A stretch of 63,449 bases of DNA. Origin: Chiloscyllium plagiosum (lineage: Eukaryota). Below, piece by piece: positions 37,490-50,925 of this stretch. How positions within the stretch are numbered: the stretch's first letter is position 1; every line of letters begins with the position of its first letter. Below the pieces are notes generated by a model. It was not told the origin of the DNA. It did no database searches and saw only the letters and a program-made list of their open reading frames with translations. The stretch spans positions 7,735,416-7,798,864 of the forward strand of contig NC_057727.1 of NCBI RefSeq assembly GCF_004010195.1. Reading direction: 5' to 3'. The position numbers and the translations under genes are program-made.

Positions 37490-38253
37490 AAAGGGAGGAC
37501 TGCAGATGCTAGAGATCAGAGTCCACAGTGTGTTGCTGTGAAAGCACAACAGGTCAGGAGCAGGAGAATCAATGTTTTGGGCATAAGCCCTTCATCAGGA
37601 ATGAGGCTTGTAGGCTGGGGCTGAGAGATAAGTGGGAGGAGGGATGGGTAGCTGGGAAAGCTATAGGTGGATGAAGGTGAGGGAGAAGGTAATAGGTCAG
37701 AAGGGCGGTGCCAAGTTGGAGGCTTGGGACTGAGATAATGGGGGGGGGGGGTGAAATTAGCAAAATGTTGAAATCCACATTTATCCAGTGTGGTTGCAGG
37801 GTCCCAAGGCGGAATATGAGGCATTATTCCTCCAGGCTTCGGGTGGTAACGATTTGGCGCTGGAGGAGGCAGAAACCCAGGACCCACATGTCCTTGACAG
37901 AGCGGGAGAGGGCATTGAAGCGTTCAGCCACGGGGCGGTGGGTGCAGGTGTCCCTTGAAATGATCTGTAAGCAGGTGCCCTGTCTCCCCGATGTAGAGGA
38001 GACCACACCAGGCGCAATGGATGCAGTAGATGACATTGATAGAGGTACAGGTAAATTTCTGACAGATGTGGAAGGATTCCTTGGGGCCTTGGACGGAGTT
38101 GAGGGGAGTGGTGTGGGAGCAGGTTTTGCACTTCCTGCGGTGGCAGGGGAAGGCATCGTGAGTTGGGTGTGGGCTGGTGTTGGGGGGGGGGGGGCATCGT
38201 TTTGACGAGAAAGTCGCAGAGGGAATGCTGATAGGGGTACGGAGGGAACTATA
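37490..38253 (-). mobile_element. Penelope-like element 3' fragment (GIY-YIG remnant) inserted in a CR1 tail
   Basis: Homologous to 1-498 with a degenerate hammerhead at about 37570-37602. TSD TCTT(G/A)TAGGGAAGAG at 37475-37489 and 38254-38268. Confidence 0.85.
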
Positions 38254-38633
38254 TCTTATAGGGAAGAGTTTAACAAGAAGACATCAATAAAGGACTTTCA
38301 CCATGAAATCCAAGAGTGAATTCAAAATAAATTTTTATTTCAACCTAAGAATGGCAACAATGTAGAACTTATTACCTGGGATGAAATGTAGATGCATTTA
38401 AGGGAGGCAAGACAAGCAAATGAGGGAAAATAGAATAGAGTCACAATAGGTTTAACTGGGAAAGATGGGAAGATGCTTAAATAGATCATTAACACTGATA
38501 TGGCCTGGCTGGGTTGAATAAGCTGTTTCTGTGCCATTTTTTAATGTAATAATACTCAGTACCAGTTCCAAAAACACAGCAAGCTCAATGCAGAGCATGA
38601 ATTGAGGCTGGCTATTTCTCTTCTGTTTGATTG

Positions 38634-39045
38634 GGGAGAAAGTGAGGTCTGCAGATGCTGGAGATCAAAGTTGAAACTTTATTGCTGGAACAGCACAGCA
38701 GGTCAGGCAGCATCCAGGGAACAGGAGATTCGACGTTTCGGGCACAGGCCCTTCCTCATTTGCTTGTCTTGCCTCCCTTAAATGCATCTACATTTCATCC
38801 CAGGTAATGAGTTCTACATTGTTGCCATTCTTAGGTTGAAATAAAAATTTATTTTGAATTCACTCTTGGATTTCATGGTGAAAGTCCTTTATTGATGTCT
38901 TCTTGTTAAACTCTTCCCTATAAGATATAGTTCCCTCCGTACCCCTATCAGCATTCCTGAGGAAGGGCCTGTGCCCGAAACGTCGAATCTCCTGTTCCCT
39001 GGATGCTGCCTGACCTGCTGTGCTATTCCAGCAATAAAGTTTCAA
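38634..39045. mobile_element. Composite insertion: two inverted PLE-terminal arms enclosing an inverted copy of 38222-38425
   Basis: 16-bp TSD CTCTTCTGTTTGATTG at 38618-38633 and 39046-39061. Arms match the 6003-6132 element. Confidence 0.9.
38953..38988 (+). ncRNA. Minimal hammerhead ribozyme motif, intact core
   Basis: ATTC / CTGAGGA / A / GGGC-CTGT-GCCC / GAAA / C-GTC / GAAT. Confidence 0.7.
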
Positions 39046-39324
39046 CTCTTCTGTTTGATTGCCCATTTGACACGAGTTTAAGTTTCCTTCAGTTCATCAT
39101 CAGTACTGTATATGTAAGCCATCATCTTTGGTTCATGCCAGCATCTGTATATGATTGTTTCAACTCTGTCAGCTTCCCTTGCTGCCTGTTCAAATGAAAG
39201 CAGGTGATGTGGACCTTTGGTAATCTATTCAACTTAAAGTTGTCTACCTCATCACATAGTCAGTAATGGAAACAACTTTATTTCATAGTTCCATAAAAAT
39301 ACTCAATTGTGCTCCTTAGCTTAC

Positions 39325-39584
39325 TTAGTGTTGAAACAGGCCCTTCAGCCCAACAAGTCCACACCGACCCACCGAAGCGCAACCCACCCAGACCCGTTCC
39401 CCTACATTTACCCCTTCACATAACCTGCACATCTTTGGATGAAGAATCATCTTTGGGCTGTGGGAGGAAACCCACACAGACACAGGGAGAATGGGCAAAC
39501 TCCAGTCAGTCGCCTGAGGCAGGAATTGAACCCAGGTCTCTGGCGCTGTGAGGCAGCAGTGCTAACCACTGTGCCACCATGCCA
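39325..39584 (-). mobile_element. V-SINE (HE1-like)
   Basis: tRNA-like head GTGGCATGGTGGCACAGTGGTTAGCACTGCTGCCTCACAGCGCC on the minus strand. Confidence 0.85.
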
Positions 39585-40454
39585 CTTATTCTCTTCCTGG
39601 CTGAAAGCCAAACCCATGAGCTCTTGAATGAAATTCTTAAACATTCTATTCAGAAGTGTCCTCTTCTCTATCCTTAAAATGTCAGTTGTTCCACAGTTCT
39701 ACTGTAAGCCCATGGTTTCAAACATGTTCCTATTTCAAGCATCAGCATCAAACTGGAGCATTTCCACACACATATTCTAGCTTGCTCCCTCCTTTTTTTG
39801 ATTTTTGGATTACTGCTCGTAATCTTTGGAGACTGAACTGGCAACATCCAAAATCAGAATGTCCTACAATCTTTCTTCCACATTTTAAAGCCGGAGATTA
39901 AAAATATGCACATAGCTACCATGGCACGCCTCAGTGCCCCATATGCTGCAGGGGAATGCTAAGTTGATTTGAAACATTAATAAGAGATCTGATGTTGACC
40001 ATAGTTTGTACAGTAAGGTTTGCAACATCTGAACTCAGTGCTTTGTACATTTGACCCAGTTTTCACCACTGTATGATCATCCAATACTGCAGTTATTTAA
40101 AGCTACAGTACAAAATTTCTGAGACATGAAATTTTGTCTCACATCGGAAACACCCCAACTTCTAAACTACATGAAATGGTGATCACCTACATTGTGATAT
40201 AGGGATAAAAGATTTCTGGAAGTTGTTCTAACGTAATGGTTTTGACTGGCGCAGATTTGCATCAAGGGCCTTTTTTGTGCTGTAGACCTCAATTATTCTA
40301 TGACGTTAGAGCATCTAAGATTGACGCGATCTATTAGTATTAAAATTGCATCAAATGGGAAAGGAATGCCAGAACACAAATGTATAGGTGCTGCAAAAAA
40401 AAAAAAACACCACACCAATGAAGAACTATTTAGTTTAGTGTGGATTATGATATA

Positions 40455-40750
40455 GAATCATGGAACCCCTAGTATGGAAGTAGACCATTTGGCCTGAGTC
40501 CACGTCAACTCTCTGAACAGCATCAGAGAGACCAGACCAGACCAACTCCCCACTACCCTGTCCCTGTAAACCTGTACTCCCTGTGGCTAATCCACCTAAC
40601 ATGCACACTTTTGGTGGTGTGGGAGGAAACTGGAGCACCCAGAAGAAACCTATGCAGACACGTAGAGAATTTGCAAACTCTGCACAGACAGTCACCCGAG
40701 AGTGAAATTGAACCTGGGCCTATGGAACTGTGAGCCAACATACCACCCAC
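40455..40750 (-). mobile_element. V-SINE (HE1-like), more diverged
   Basis: V-domain recognisable on the minus strand. Confidence 0.75.
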
Positions 40751-41811
40751 TAATATAGTTGTCCTGGGGTTGTGAGTACTTTCAAGTTGTGTTTATTGGT
40801 GATGCCACAATTAATTTATGTATTGAAAAACAAACAAACAATCTAAGCTTGATTAGACACATTTTAAGTGGAAATTCTTTAAGGAGATACAGGAACATTT
40901 AGGTTTCACTTCCTAATTATTTGGGGAAGTGGTGACCTAGTAGTATTATCGATAGACTACTAATTCAGAGACTCCGCTAGTGTCTAGAGACCTGGGTTCA
41001 AATTCTGTCATGGCAGATGGTTGAATTTGAATTCAATGAAAGTCTGAAAGTAAGAGTCTAATGATGATCATGAATCCACTGTTAATAGTTGGAAAACCCA
41101 TCTAGTTCACTAATGTCCTTTTAGTGCCCATTCTTACCTGGTCTGGCCTATGTGACTCCAGAACCACAGCAATGGACAATTAGGGATGGGCAATAAATGC
41201 TGGCCTAGCTAAATGACAATCACAGCCCATGAATCAATAAATGCTAATGAAATTACTGAACACAGCTTTGAAATGCATCATTTTCAAGAATATGCTTTTG
41301 TAACAGGTCAGTAATTTTGGACAAAAAACACATTTTTCTTTTAATCTAAAGAAAACATCACCTCTTTATATTCACTATATAAAATCTAAAATCAGAGGGA
41401 CACAGTCTGAATAACGAATCAGCCTTTTAGGACTGAGATCAGGAGAAAGTCCTTCACTCAGAAGGTTCAGCACTATTGAAATTCTCATCCATACAGTGTT
41501 GTAGATATTCTCAGTAATTGAGCATCTAAGTCAGATTGACAGATTGTTGGAATCAAGAGATATAGATAGATGTGGGAATGTGTGGCTGAGGTAGAAAATC
41601 AGTTACAATCTGAATACATGAGAGAGTAGGTGTGAAGGGTCGACTGCCTATATCTACTCATATTTCTTCTATTTATGATCTTTTGAAATTATAAAGCCAC
41701 ATAATACACAGATCACAGCCAGATGTTCAAACTGAAAGAAAGGAACAGAACTCATTGCAGAACACTCGCCACAGTTAACACAATATCCTCTTGATTTTTG
41801 CCCTTTTTAAG

Positions 41812-41981
41812 GTTTATATACCCCTGTCGCAGCCTCTGTGTATCAGTGAGGAACAGCTGCGCTCCTATCATGGCTTGCTATGGTTATCCATGGCCAGAGA
41901 TACTGAATTGCAACAAGTTTCCCCCTGACCATGGCATGTGCATTTCTTCCATCAGCAACAAGACAGCATCACATAGAAGCA
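41812..41981 (+). CDS. frzb2: Crescent exon 2: second half of the CRD (FIYPCRSLCVSVRNSCAPIMACYGYPWPEILNCNKFPPDHGMCISSISNKTASHRS)
   Basis: 170 nt, AAG acceptor and A|GTAAGT donor. Phase matches exon 1. Confidence 0.92.
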
Positions 41982-42304
41982 GTAAGTAGTTTTGATTCAA
42001 CATTGTTTTTTATTTAATGGTATATCTTTCAAACAAATCCAAACAATTTTTAAATCAAATCTCATTCTTTTCTGGTTATAAGTAAACTATTTCAAGTTGG
42101 TTTCTGATATCCTGTAAATGTGAACAAACAGACAATGGAACAAACAAAACGAAATGAAAGTTACAAGGATTATCTAATCTTTTCCCTCAGGATAAACTTA
42201 ATAATGCGTACATTATTCATTGCACTAAACCAGAATGTAGCACCACACCAGTTCTTACTTGGAATTCTTCACAAGATAAATGCTGTCAGGTGAAACCTTT
42301 AGCA

Positions 42305-43095
42305 TAGAGTCAGAGATGTACAGCATTGAAACAGACCCTTTGGTCTAACCCGTCCATGCCAACCTGATATCCCAACCCAATCTAGTCCCACCTGCCAGCA
42401 CCCAGCCCGTATCCCTCCAAACCCTTCCTATTCATATATACATCCAAATGCCTCTTAAATGTTGCAATTGTACCAGCCTCCACCACATCCTCTGGCAGCT
42501 CATTCCATACATGTACCACCCTCTGCGTGAAAAAGTTGCCCCTTAGGTCTCTTTTATATCTTTCCCCTCTCACCCTAAACCTATGCCCTCTAGTTCGGGA
42601 CTCCCGACCCCAGGGAAAAGACTTTGCCTATTTACCATATCCATGCCCCCCAATTTTGTAAATCTCTAAGATCACCCCTCAGCCTCCGACGCTCCAGGGA
42701 AAACAGCCCCAGCCTGTTCAGCCTCTCCCTGCAGCTCAGATCCTCCAACCCTAGCAGCATCCTTGTAAATATTTTCTGAACCCTTTCAAGTTTCACAACA
42801 TCTTTCCAATAGAAAGGAGACCAGAATTGCACGCAATAACCAATGTCCTGTACAGCTGCAACATGACCTTCCAACTCCTGTACTCAATACTCTGACCAAT
42901 AAAGGAAAGCATACCAAACGCCTTCTTCACTATCCTATCTACCTGTGACTCCACTTTCAAAGGAGCTATGAACCTGTACTCCAAGGTCTCTTTGTTCAAC
43001 AACACTCCCTAGGACCTTACCATTAAGTGTACAAGTCCTGCTAAGATTTGCTTTCCCAAAATGCAGCACCTCGCATTTATCTGAATTAAACTCTA
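42305..43095 (-). mobile_element. CR1 LINE 3' fragment
   Basis: Same subfamily as 20323-21497 in the opposite orientation. Confidence 0.9.
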
Positions 43096-46000
43096 TAGTT
43101 AAAAAAGAAAAGTCCTTAAGAGGAAGAAAATGAGAGAACCATTCATGCTATTGTTCTGTTTTCCTTGCATTCTATTGGAGATCTGGAAGCAATTCAGCTA
43201 CCAATGCTCTCTTGAGGAATAAAATATTAAATGGGGGATCTTTACATCAAGGGACTGGTTATGGAAAACCTACAGAGATGCCAACTGATCAGGTAATAGC
43301 ACAGCCTGATGAAGAAATCTCAAATTCCTGGTCTGTGTGGTTCAGTTAATGCCTTAGTATACCCACTATGCCTGTGGAATGATCAGTGCTTCAGACAAAT
43401 GCAATACATTTTATTAACTTACTAAAACATACTGTTCAGCTGAATGTTGTATAGTGGCTAAGTATCTATTTTATTGCCCATTTACCCACCCTCCCCTCTG
43501 TGAAGTACTTAACTTCTTTGTTTCAATATGCTAACTGGGTTGAATGTCTTCATTCTCCCTACGTTTACTGTACTGGCACATCAGACATTTTCCCATCCTC
43601 AGTCATGGACTTAGCATTATCTCTGTCAATGTACTGATAATTCTGATTATGAAGACAAAAAATTGAAATGTTCACCAGGCTACGTTGAAGCTTGAACAAT
43701 TTCAGTTAAAGATTTGTCAATGAGTTCTAGCAGGGTGTCATGCTCATTCTTTTTCGCCTTGAATGCACCTTCATACAAAATCTGCTAGTTTCTATCACCT
43801 GACTTTTCTATGGCAAAAAAGTGCTTGACTTCCAGTCTTGGGCCTTTGAACCCATGCTCCCTACCTGAACTTTGGCCTCTCTCTGGACACTCAGCCACCA
43901 TTCAGCTACTAAAACCCAGCACAAACCCCTTTCCACTCGCATAGATTCCTTCCTGCAGTTTCGTCCCAGCCAGCATTTACTTATCAAGTTGCTTGCTGCT
44001 TTTCCAATCATGGATAGTTTCTCTCCCACATTTGTTCCTCATAGATTTACTAGAGGCACAAACTGTTAACCACTCTCCAAAATAATTTCAAGGACAGTTA
44101 TGGATGGGCAACAAATGCTGGCCTTGTCAGTGACACCTCTAAGAATGAAGACTTAAAAAGAATGATATTTAGCCTACTTTGTATTGGCTTGTCACTTGGC
44201 CCTTTAGAGTGTTTTCATCTTATTAGGTTCCGTTGCTCTCATGACAAGGTTGTCCTTCTCCTCTCAAGAGTTGTCTGTGATTCTTCCTGTTTTCTGCTTT
44301 CAACACACTTTGAATAGTTTTCTTTCAAGCCAGATCCTCTTTGGACTGTCTGACAAAGACTCATCAATAATTCCAAGATTTTATATCTTATAAATTGTAA
44401 TTTAAAGCTCCATGTCTCAATTTTCCACTATACTGGAGAGATCATTAATGAAATTTTGTAGTCCCTGGATGCGGAACTCTTGCTCAATCAAGTGTTTTAT
44501 TTGTTCTCAAGAATAAACTAATTCTCAAAAGCTTGTCAATTTTTTTCTATAGTATCTGTGCCTTCTTTTGAGTTTGGTAAGTTATAACATCGGCAGTAGA
44601 TCCCATGATTATAGTACAGTGTACTTATTTAACATGAGTTTGAAGTATGGTCTTCAAGGATATCCAATCCTATTCTATTTGACACATATCTAACATGAAA
44701 TCTTGTGTACAGCATTATTTCTCCAATATTTTCCTAATGTGATTTAGTTTTCTTAAGGCTATTAAATTGTGCACACAATTTCAATGCTGCTGCGATTTCT
44801 TCCCCTTAAAGACTTTTACTTCTGTAATTAGCTATAAAGTCTCACTTTCCTTGTCTAAATGCTAAACCATCCAGTATATCAGTACCATTTTTTTCATAAA
44901 TTTGATTGTTAATGTACTTCTTACTGGGGCTTTTCCTGGATTTTCACAGGTCAGACAAAATTGAAGTTTCCTATTTTATTGCAGGCAAATAGACAATTTC
45001 CTGTCTTTGACAGCCTAATAAACAATGCATGTTCTTTTCTACAATTCCCAAAACAGACCTTGTGCTCAAAGTCTTAATCAATTCTTCCCGTCAGGCCCAG
45101 AGTTTAAATTATGGATCTACTGCTTTATCACAAAGATTTCGTTCCCATCTTCTTTTGTTAAGATTGTCTACTTTAGCTTTTAAATTGTTCCTTTTGTCAT
45201 TTTTATCCTATTTTATGATCTTATAGTTGCTACGACCTTGAATATAAAGTACTTCTGTAGCTCTGAGTTTCTTCACCATAGCAGTGCTCATGATTTCTAC
45301 TCACTATGGTGGCAACACCCATTGTGAGCTGTACTTATTCTTTCTTTCTTTCTTTCCTTCTAGACGTTTTCAGCTGATTTTGTCATGTTAATCTAAGGGT
45401 TATCTCCTTGCGCAATAAAGATTCGTAATTTTGTACAAAGAGGTTCACGACATAAATTTCTTAGCCAAGCCTCTAACCAGGAATGCTGCTACAGATACGT
45501 GTATCCTGATGAAATCTGTAATGATCAAGTGTGATAAGTCTTCAAGCTATTTTATATCTTATACTGCTTCTTTTGCATGTCTTACCAGGTTTGATGTCAA
45601 GGCTTTAGTCTTGCCCCAGGTTTCAACTGACTGCTGGTTATTCAAATGCTTGCAACTCCTGATTGTCTACTTTAGTACTTAAAAGTGGCAATGTTCATAA
45701 AGCTGTGAACTCACTTGGTCTTCTGGACAATTTCTTCTTCTGGGATTTTTTTTCATCATTTTCCCTTATGGTATGAAGCAACAATGCCCACTGCTGATCA
45801 CCATGTGGTATCTGTGGGTCGAAGGACGTTGCCACCAATCCTCTTCCCTTGGCTGTGTCTAATGGCCTTATCGGTTTACGGAGGTAAAGGATTAATCATT
45901 GAATAAAATTAATAAGAAAATGCTCTTTTCTGAAAAAAAAGCAATAGCAACACATTACATCAGTCAGATAAAATGTTACTACTAAGACTATAAGGAAAAG

Positions 46001-46660
46001 CATGAATATATGATATCCTACGTTGCTCTGCCTTATTGCCACCAGATTGGTTGGATCTCAATGGAGTCTGCAACTTTAATCCTTTCAGAACCTTTGTACC
46101 AGAAATGAACAACAGAAATCAGTAAACAGTGCTAGGAACTTGTCAGGTTAACATAAAAACTCAAGGTGTGTCATGTCTAAGGTCTGTTATCCAATGTGAC
46201 TACAATGTAACTCCATTACCTCTTAACTAAAGAGCACAAAATATTCTGATTGTTGCCAAGAATAAAAGGAAGGGACAGAATGTGTGAATGTCATTTTGCA
46301 TCCAGGAATCTCAAAAGTGTAGAGAAATTTCATAGTCAAACAAATTCAAAGGCTTTGCATTTTAACACATCCAAAATGAGCTTGATAAACTGATGGCACA
46401 AATCAAGGGAAGTGGTTGTGATCTCAGTCTAGGTCGCGGGCATAGTCTCAGGATAAAGAGGCCCAATTTAAGACTGAGATGAGGAGCAATTTCTTCTCTC
46501 AAAAGGGTTAATAAATTACAAGTTATTTAGACTTAATATGATGAGGAACTTCTTCACTCAGAGGATGGCAAATTTTCTATCCCAGAGGGCTGTGAAAGTT
46601 CAGTCATTAAGTTCAACAGAGATTGATAGATTTCTAGAAATGAATTACAGGAAGGAACAT

Positions 46661-46875
46661 AGTTAAAAATCACAACACCAGGTTATAGTCCAACAGGTTT
46701 AAGTGGAAGCACACTAGCTTTCAGAGCGTCACTCCTTCATCAGGACTACCACCGGATGAAGGAGCAATGATCCAAAAGCTGGTGTGCTTCCAATTAAACC
46801 TGTTGGATTATAACCTGGTGTTGTGTGATTTTTAACTTTGTATACCCCAGTCCAACACCGACATCCTCAAATCAG
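46661..46875. mobile_element. Fold-back PLE-type element (second family) with hammerhead motifs at the centre
   Basis: Imperfect palindrome 46661-46837. Minus strand reads CTGATGA-AGGAG-TGACG-CTCT-GAAA-GCTA. It sits inside a CR1 tail. Confidence 0.75.
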
Positions 46876-47367
46876 GAAAGGGACATGGTATAGTGCAGGA
46901 AAATTATGTTGAATTAGGTGATCAGCCATGGCCTAGAATGGCAGAGCAGACTCAAAGAGCTGAATCATCTACTCCTGCTTTCATATTTCAACATTGATGT
47001 AGCTGAGGATATGAAATAAGCACTGGATATGTCAGCAACACCATGCCCCAAGAATTTATTATAATACTCAAGCTTCATTGTGATTTGTCATTTAAATATT
47101 AATAGTATTTAAGGTGTGCATCTTTTACAAATTGCAATAATAACAGGGACGCAAGAAATATAGTTAACATCACATTACATTTTTCATCCTAAATGCTGGT
47201 ATGACAAATTCTAGTCAATATAAGCATTTATGGAATGTGCATTTCAATGGGTCCACAATACAGTCAGCCAAACCAAGTACTTAAATAATAGAAAACAAGC
47301 TTCATCTCTTCCTTATCCACTATTGATGCTGGCAAGTTTTCAAGCAGATACTCAATACAGGTAATTT

Positions 47368-48310
47368 AGAACATAAGAACTAGGAGCAGGAGTAAGCATC
47401 TGGCCCTTTGAGCCTGCTCTGGCATTCAATTAGATCATGGCTGATTTTTTAATGGCCTCAACTCCACGGACCCACCCTCTCACCACAACCCTTAATTCCT
47501 TTACTGTTTATAAAAAAATTATCCATCTTAGCTTTAAAAACATTCAATAAGGAAGGCTCAACTACTTCACTGGGCAGGGAATTCCACAGATTCACAACCC
47601 TTGGGGTGAAGAAGTTCCTCCTCAATTCAATCTAAATTTGCTCCCCCTAATTTTGAGGCTATGCCCTCTTGTTCTAGTTTCACCCAACAGAAGAAACAAC
47701 CTTTCTGCTTCTATCTTATAGAAATATATAAAATTATGAAAGGAGTAGACAAGATTTCCCTCATTCTTCTAAATTCCAATGAATATAATCCCAGTCTACT
47801 CACTCTCTCCTCATAAGCCAACCCGCTCAACTTGGAATCAAACTACTGAATCTCCTCTGCACCCCCTCCACCACTGCCAGTATATCCTTTCTCAAGTAAG
47901 GAGAGCAATACTGGATGCAGTACTCCAGGTGTGGCCTCACCAGCCTCCCATACAGCTGCAACTTAATCCCCCTCCTTTTAAACTCAATCTCTCTAGCAAT
48001 GAGGACAAAATTCCATTTTGCCTTCTTAATTACCTGCTGCACCTGCAAACCAACTTTTTGCAATTCACGCACAGCAGCATGCTGCAATTTTGTACCATTC
48101 AAATAATAGCCCCTTTTACTGTTACTCCTACCAAAATGGATGACTTCACATTTGTCAACATTGTACTCAATCTACCAGACATTTGCCACTCACTTAAACT
48201 ATGTCCTTCTGCAAACATTCAGCATCCTCTGCATGCTTTGCTGTACCATTTATCTTAGTTTCATCCACAAACTTTGACACACTACACGTGGTCCCCAAAT
48301 CCAAATCATC
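47368..48310 (-). mobile_element. CR1 LINE 3' fragment
   Basis: [26 protein letters not shown] remnant and tail. Confidence 0.88.
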
Positions 48311-48577
48311 CATGTTCTCTAATTTCTCTCCATCTTGTAGTGTCTTGGAGCAGTAAGATCAGTACAATTGCTGCAAAGACAGAGATAATGTATTTCGTAC
48401 AGACCAGTGATTAGACAGACATTACATCACTGGAGGTGTTGCACAATGATACTTTCCTCATTCTTCACTTCAATACATCGCACGCTATTTCTTTTTCCAT
48501 TCCAAACAATTTCTGGTTAAGCTCGTCTAGGCATATAGCTTCATCATTAAATTAATCCAGTATACCACAGAGTTACA

Positions 48578-48770
48578 GGGTAAAAACAATGACTGCAGAT
48601 GCTGGAAACCAGATTCTGGATTAGAGGTGCTGGAAAAGCACAGCAGTTCAGGCAGCATCCAAGGCGCAGTAAAATCGACGTTTCGGAAAGGCCTTTTGCC
48701 CGAAACGTCGATTTTACTGCTCCTCGGATGCTGCCTGAACTGCTGTGCTTTTCCAGCACCTCTAATCCAG
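48578..48770. mobile_element. Fold-back PLE-terminal element
   Basis: Palindrome 48616-48770. TSD TACCACAGAGTTACA at 48563-48577 and 48771-48785. Confidence 0.85.
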
Positions 48771-49147
48771 TACCACAGAGTTACAATCCAATTACCTAAT
48801 GTAGAGTACAGTAGACTACATAACCCAGGTTGGCAGCACGGTGGCTATAGCTCAAACACTCCGACCCTGTCTACGTCATCATATTGATAGCTGAACAGTC
48901 GCTCTGGATTCTTAACTTTTGCAGTTATGTTCAGTTATTTTGTCCTTTTTTTGAGTGGTTGGTTTGCTGCAGTCAGATTAAGAGTTTGTCTTGACCTTTT
49001 CCCTTCTGACTGCCTTGTCAGCTAGTTCGGTTGTCAGATCATTAGAATCATTTTACCTGGAATGCAGAGCTACATTAGGTGATTCTTCAACTGTGACGTT
49101 CATAGCACACTAGCACTTGAACCCAGGCTTGCGTCCACAATGCCTCA

Positions 49148-49271
49148 TTCCTTATGAAGGGCTTTTGCCCAAAGTGTCGATTCTCCTGTTCCTTGGATGC
49201 TGCCTGACCTGCTGTACTTTTCCAGCATCACACTCTCGACTCTGACCTCCAGCATCTGCAGTCCTCACTTT
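49148..49271 (+). mobile_element. Solo short PLE-derived element with decayed hammerhead
   Basis: 16-bp TSD CGTCCACAATGCCTCA at 49132-49147 and 49272-49287. Confidence 0.85.
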
Positions 49272-49962
49272 CGTCCACAATGCCTCAGTTCTCTAGCAGA
49301 CCATCTTCCATGAGCATCCTTAGACCAGGGTAGCAGTAGTTTTTAACCTATTTTTAATTTTCACAAAAAATGTTAAGTGGTGGTGGTTTTCTCCGGGGAA
49401 GGGAAGGAATACTCAACTCCCTTCTACCTCTTCTTGTTTGGTGTCTCTTTTGGTTTGAGGTCGCCCTGACACTTTACAGGTGCAACATTCTATGGGTCCC
49501 ACACAGAACTCTGCAAGATAACACTCATCCACAGTCTGTCTCAGTCCTCTTAAAAAAAAGGGATTTAGATTTACAAGTTAAAGATGTCCATTGCACTTTA
49601 AGACTCTAATTCGTTGACATAACAAGGCACTCAAAGCTATTTTCACCAGATGGATCATATGAACACAGAATTAGGAGCAGGAAGAGGCCATCTGGTTCTT
49701 TGCACATTCTGCTATTCATGAAGATCATAGCTGAACTGATTACTCCACATTTATTTCAACTCAGATAACCTTACAGCTCTTACTCATCAAGAATCTACCT
49801 TTTACCTCAGAAACATTTGAATGAAGAATAAAAGAACTAATATAAGCTTCAACTCCTATCCCCCAAACAAAGTTGGAAAAACACAAGACTGGTTCATTGT
49901 AAAGCACCGTAACCATAATACCTGCGTCTAATAAATATATATTTCTGTTCATTACATAACAG

Positions 49963-50049
49963 TGCCTCAAGCAAGCTGTCAAGACTGTGAATTAGAAGAA
50001 ACTACCTCAACAAAACAAATACTCAATATATTTTGTTCACATGATTTTG
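49963..50049 (+). CDS. frzb2: Crescent exon 3: start of the netrin (NTR) domain (MPQASCQDCELEETTSTKQILNIFCSHDF)
   Basis: 87 nt, CAG acceptor and G|GTAAGT donor, phase 1-1. Matches Crescent PRASCRDCELEE...FCHNDF. Not in the ORF track. Confidence 0.92.
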
Positions 50050-50084
50050 GTAAGTACAATTTGAGACAATAATGAAAGGGTAGA

Positions 50085-50382
50085 ACAGAGGCTCAGTGGT
50101 TAGCATTGCTGCATCACAGCGCCAGGGACCCATATTTGATTCCACCCTCAGGCAATAGTCTGTGTGGAATTTAAAGTCTCTCCCTGTCTGCGTGGGTTTA
50201 CTCCAGTTTCCTCCCACAGCCCAAAGATGTGCAGATTAGGTGGATTGGCTATGCTAAATTGCCCATAGTGTCCAGAGATGTGTGGGTTGGGTGGATTAGC
50301 CATGGGAAATGTTCAGAGGGTCAGTGTGGACCCGATGAGCAGAACAGCCTACTTCCACACTGTAGGAATTCTATGATTCTAT
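50085..50382 (+). mobile_element. V-SINE (HE1-like)
   Basis: tRNA-like head and V-domain. Confidence 0.8.
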
Positions 50383-50660
50383 CAAGTGACTCTCAAATCT
50401 TTTTCTTGCTAACAGAAGCTAATAGCTAATGAAGCTAATATCTAGTAGAAATATTGTCAAATTACTGGGACTAAGGTCAAGGGCTCTGTTTGCAGCTTTT
50501 GACTGAATCTGCAAAACAAGAATGAGACTTTGAGGAATATGTGGCAGAGAATGTTGACAGGAAGAATCGTCCACAGTCTCCACTTTCTTTGTCCAATGGA
50601 AATTTCTCAAGAATGTCAGAAATATTTGTTTAGGGACAATATTGGGAAATATTTGTTTAA

Positions 50661-50925
50661 GGGCGGCACGGTAGCTAGCACTGCTGCCTCACAGTGCCAG
50701 AGACCCGGGTTCAATTTCCGCCTCAGGCAACTGACTGAGTGGAGTTTGCACATTCTCCCCGTGCCTGCGTGGGTTACCTCCGGTTCCTCCGGCTTCCTCC
50801 CACAGTCCAAAAAAATGTGCAGGTTAGGTGAATTGGCCATGCTAAATTGCCCATAGTGTTAGGTGAAGGTCAGTGTGGACTTGTTGGGTCAAAGGGCCTG
50901 TTTCCACACTAAGTAAACTAATCTA
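50661..50925 (+). mobile_element. V-SINE (HE1-like)
   Basis: tRNA-like head, V-domain and CTAATCTAA tail. Confidence 0.85.

Noticed and set aside
43600-45900. Possible very old LTR-retrotransposon remnant on the minus strand
   Set aside because: Only a vague coding-like texture. I could not read a convincing gag/pol motif or LTR pair.
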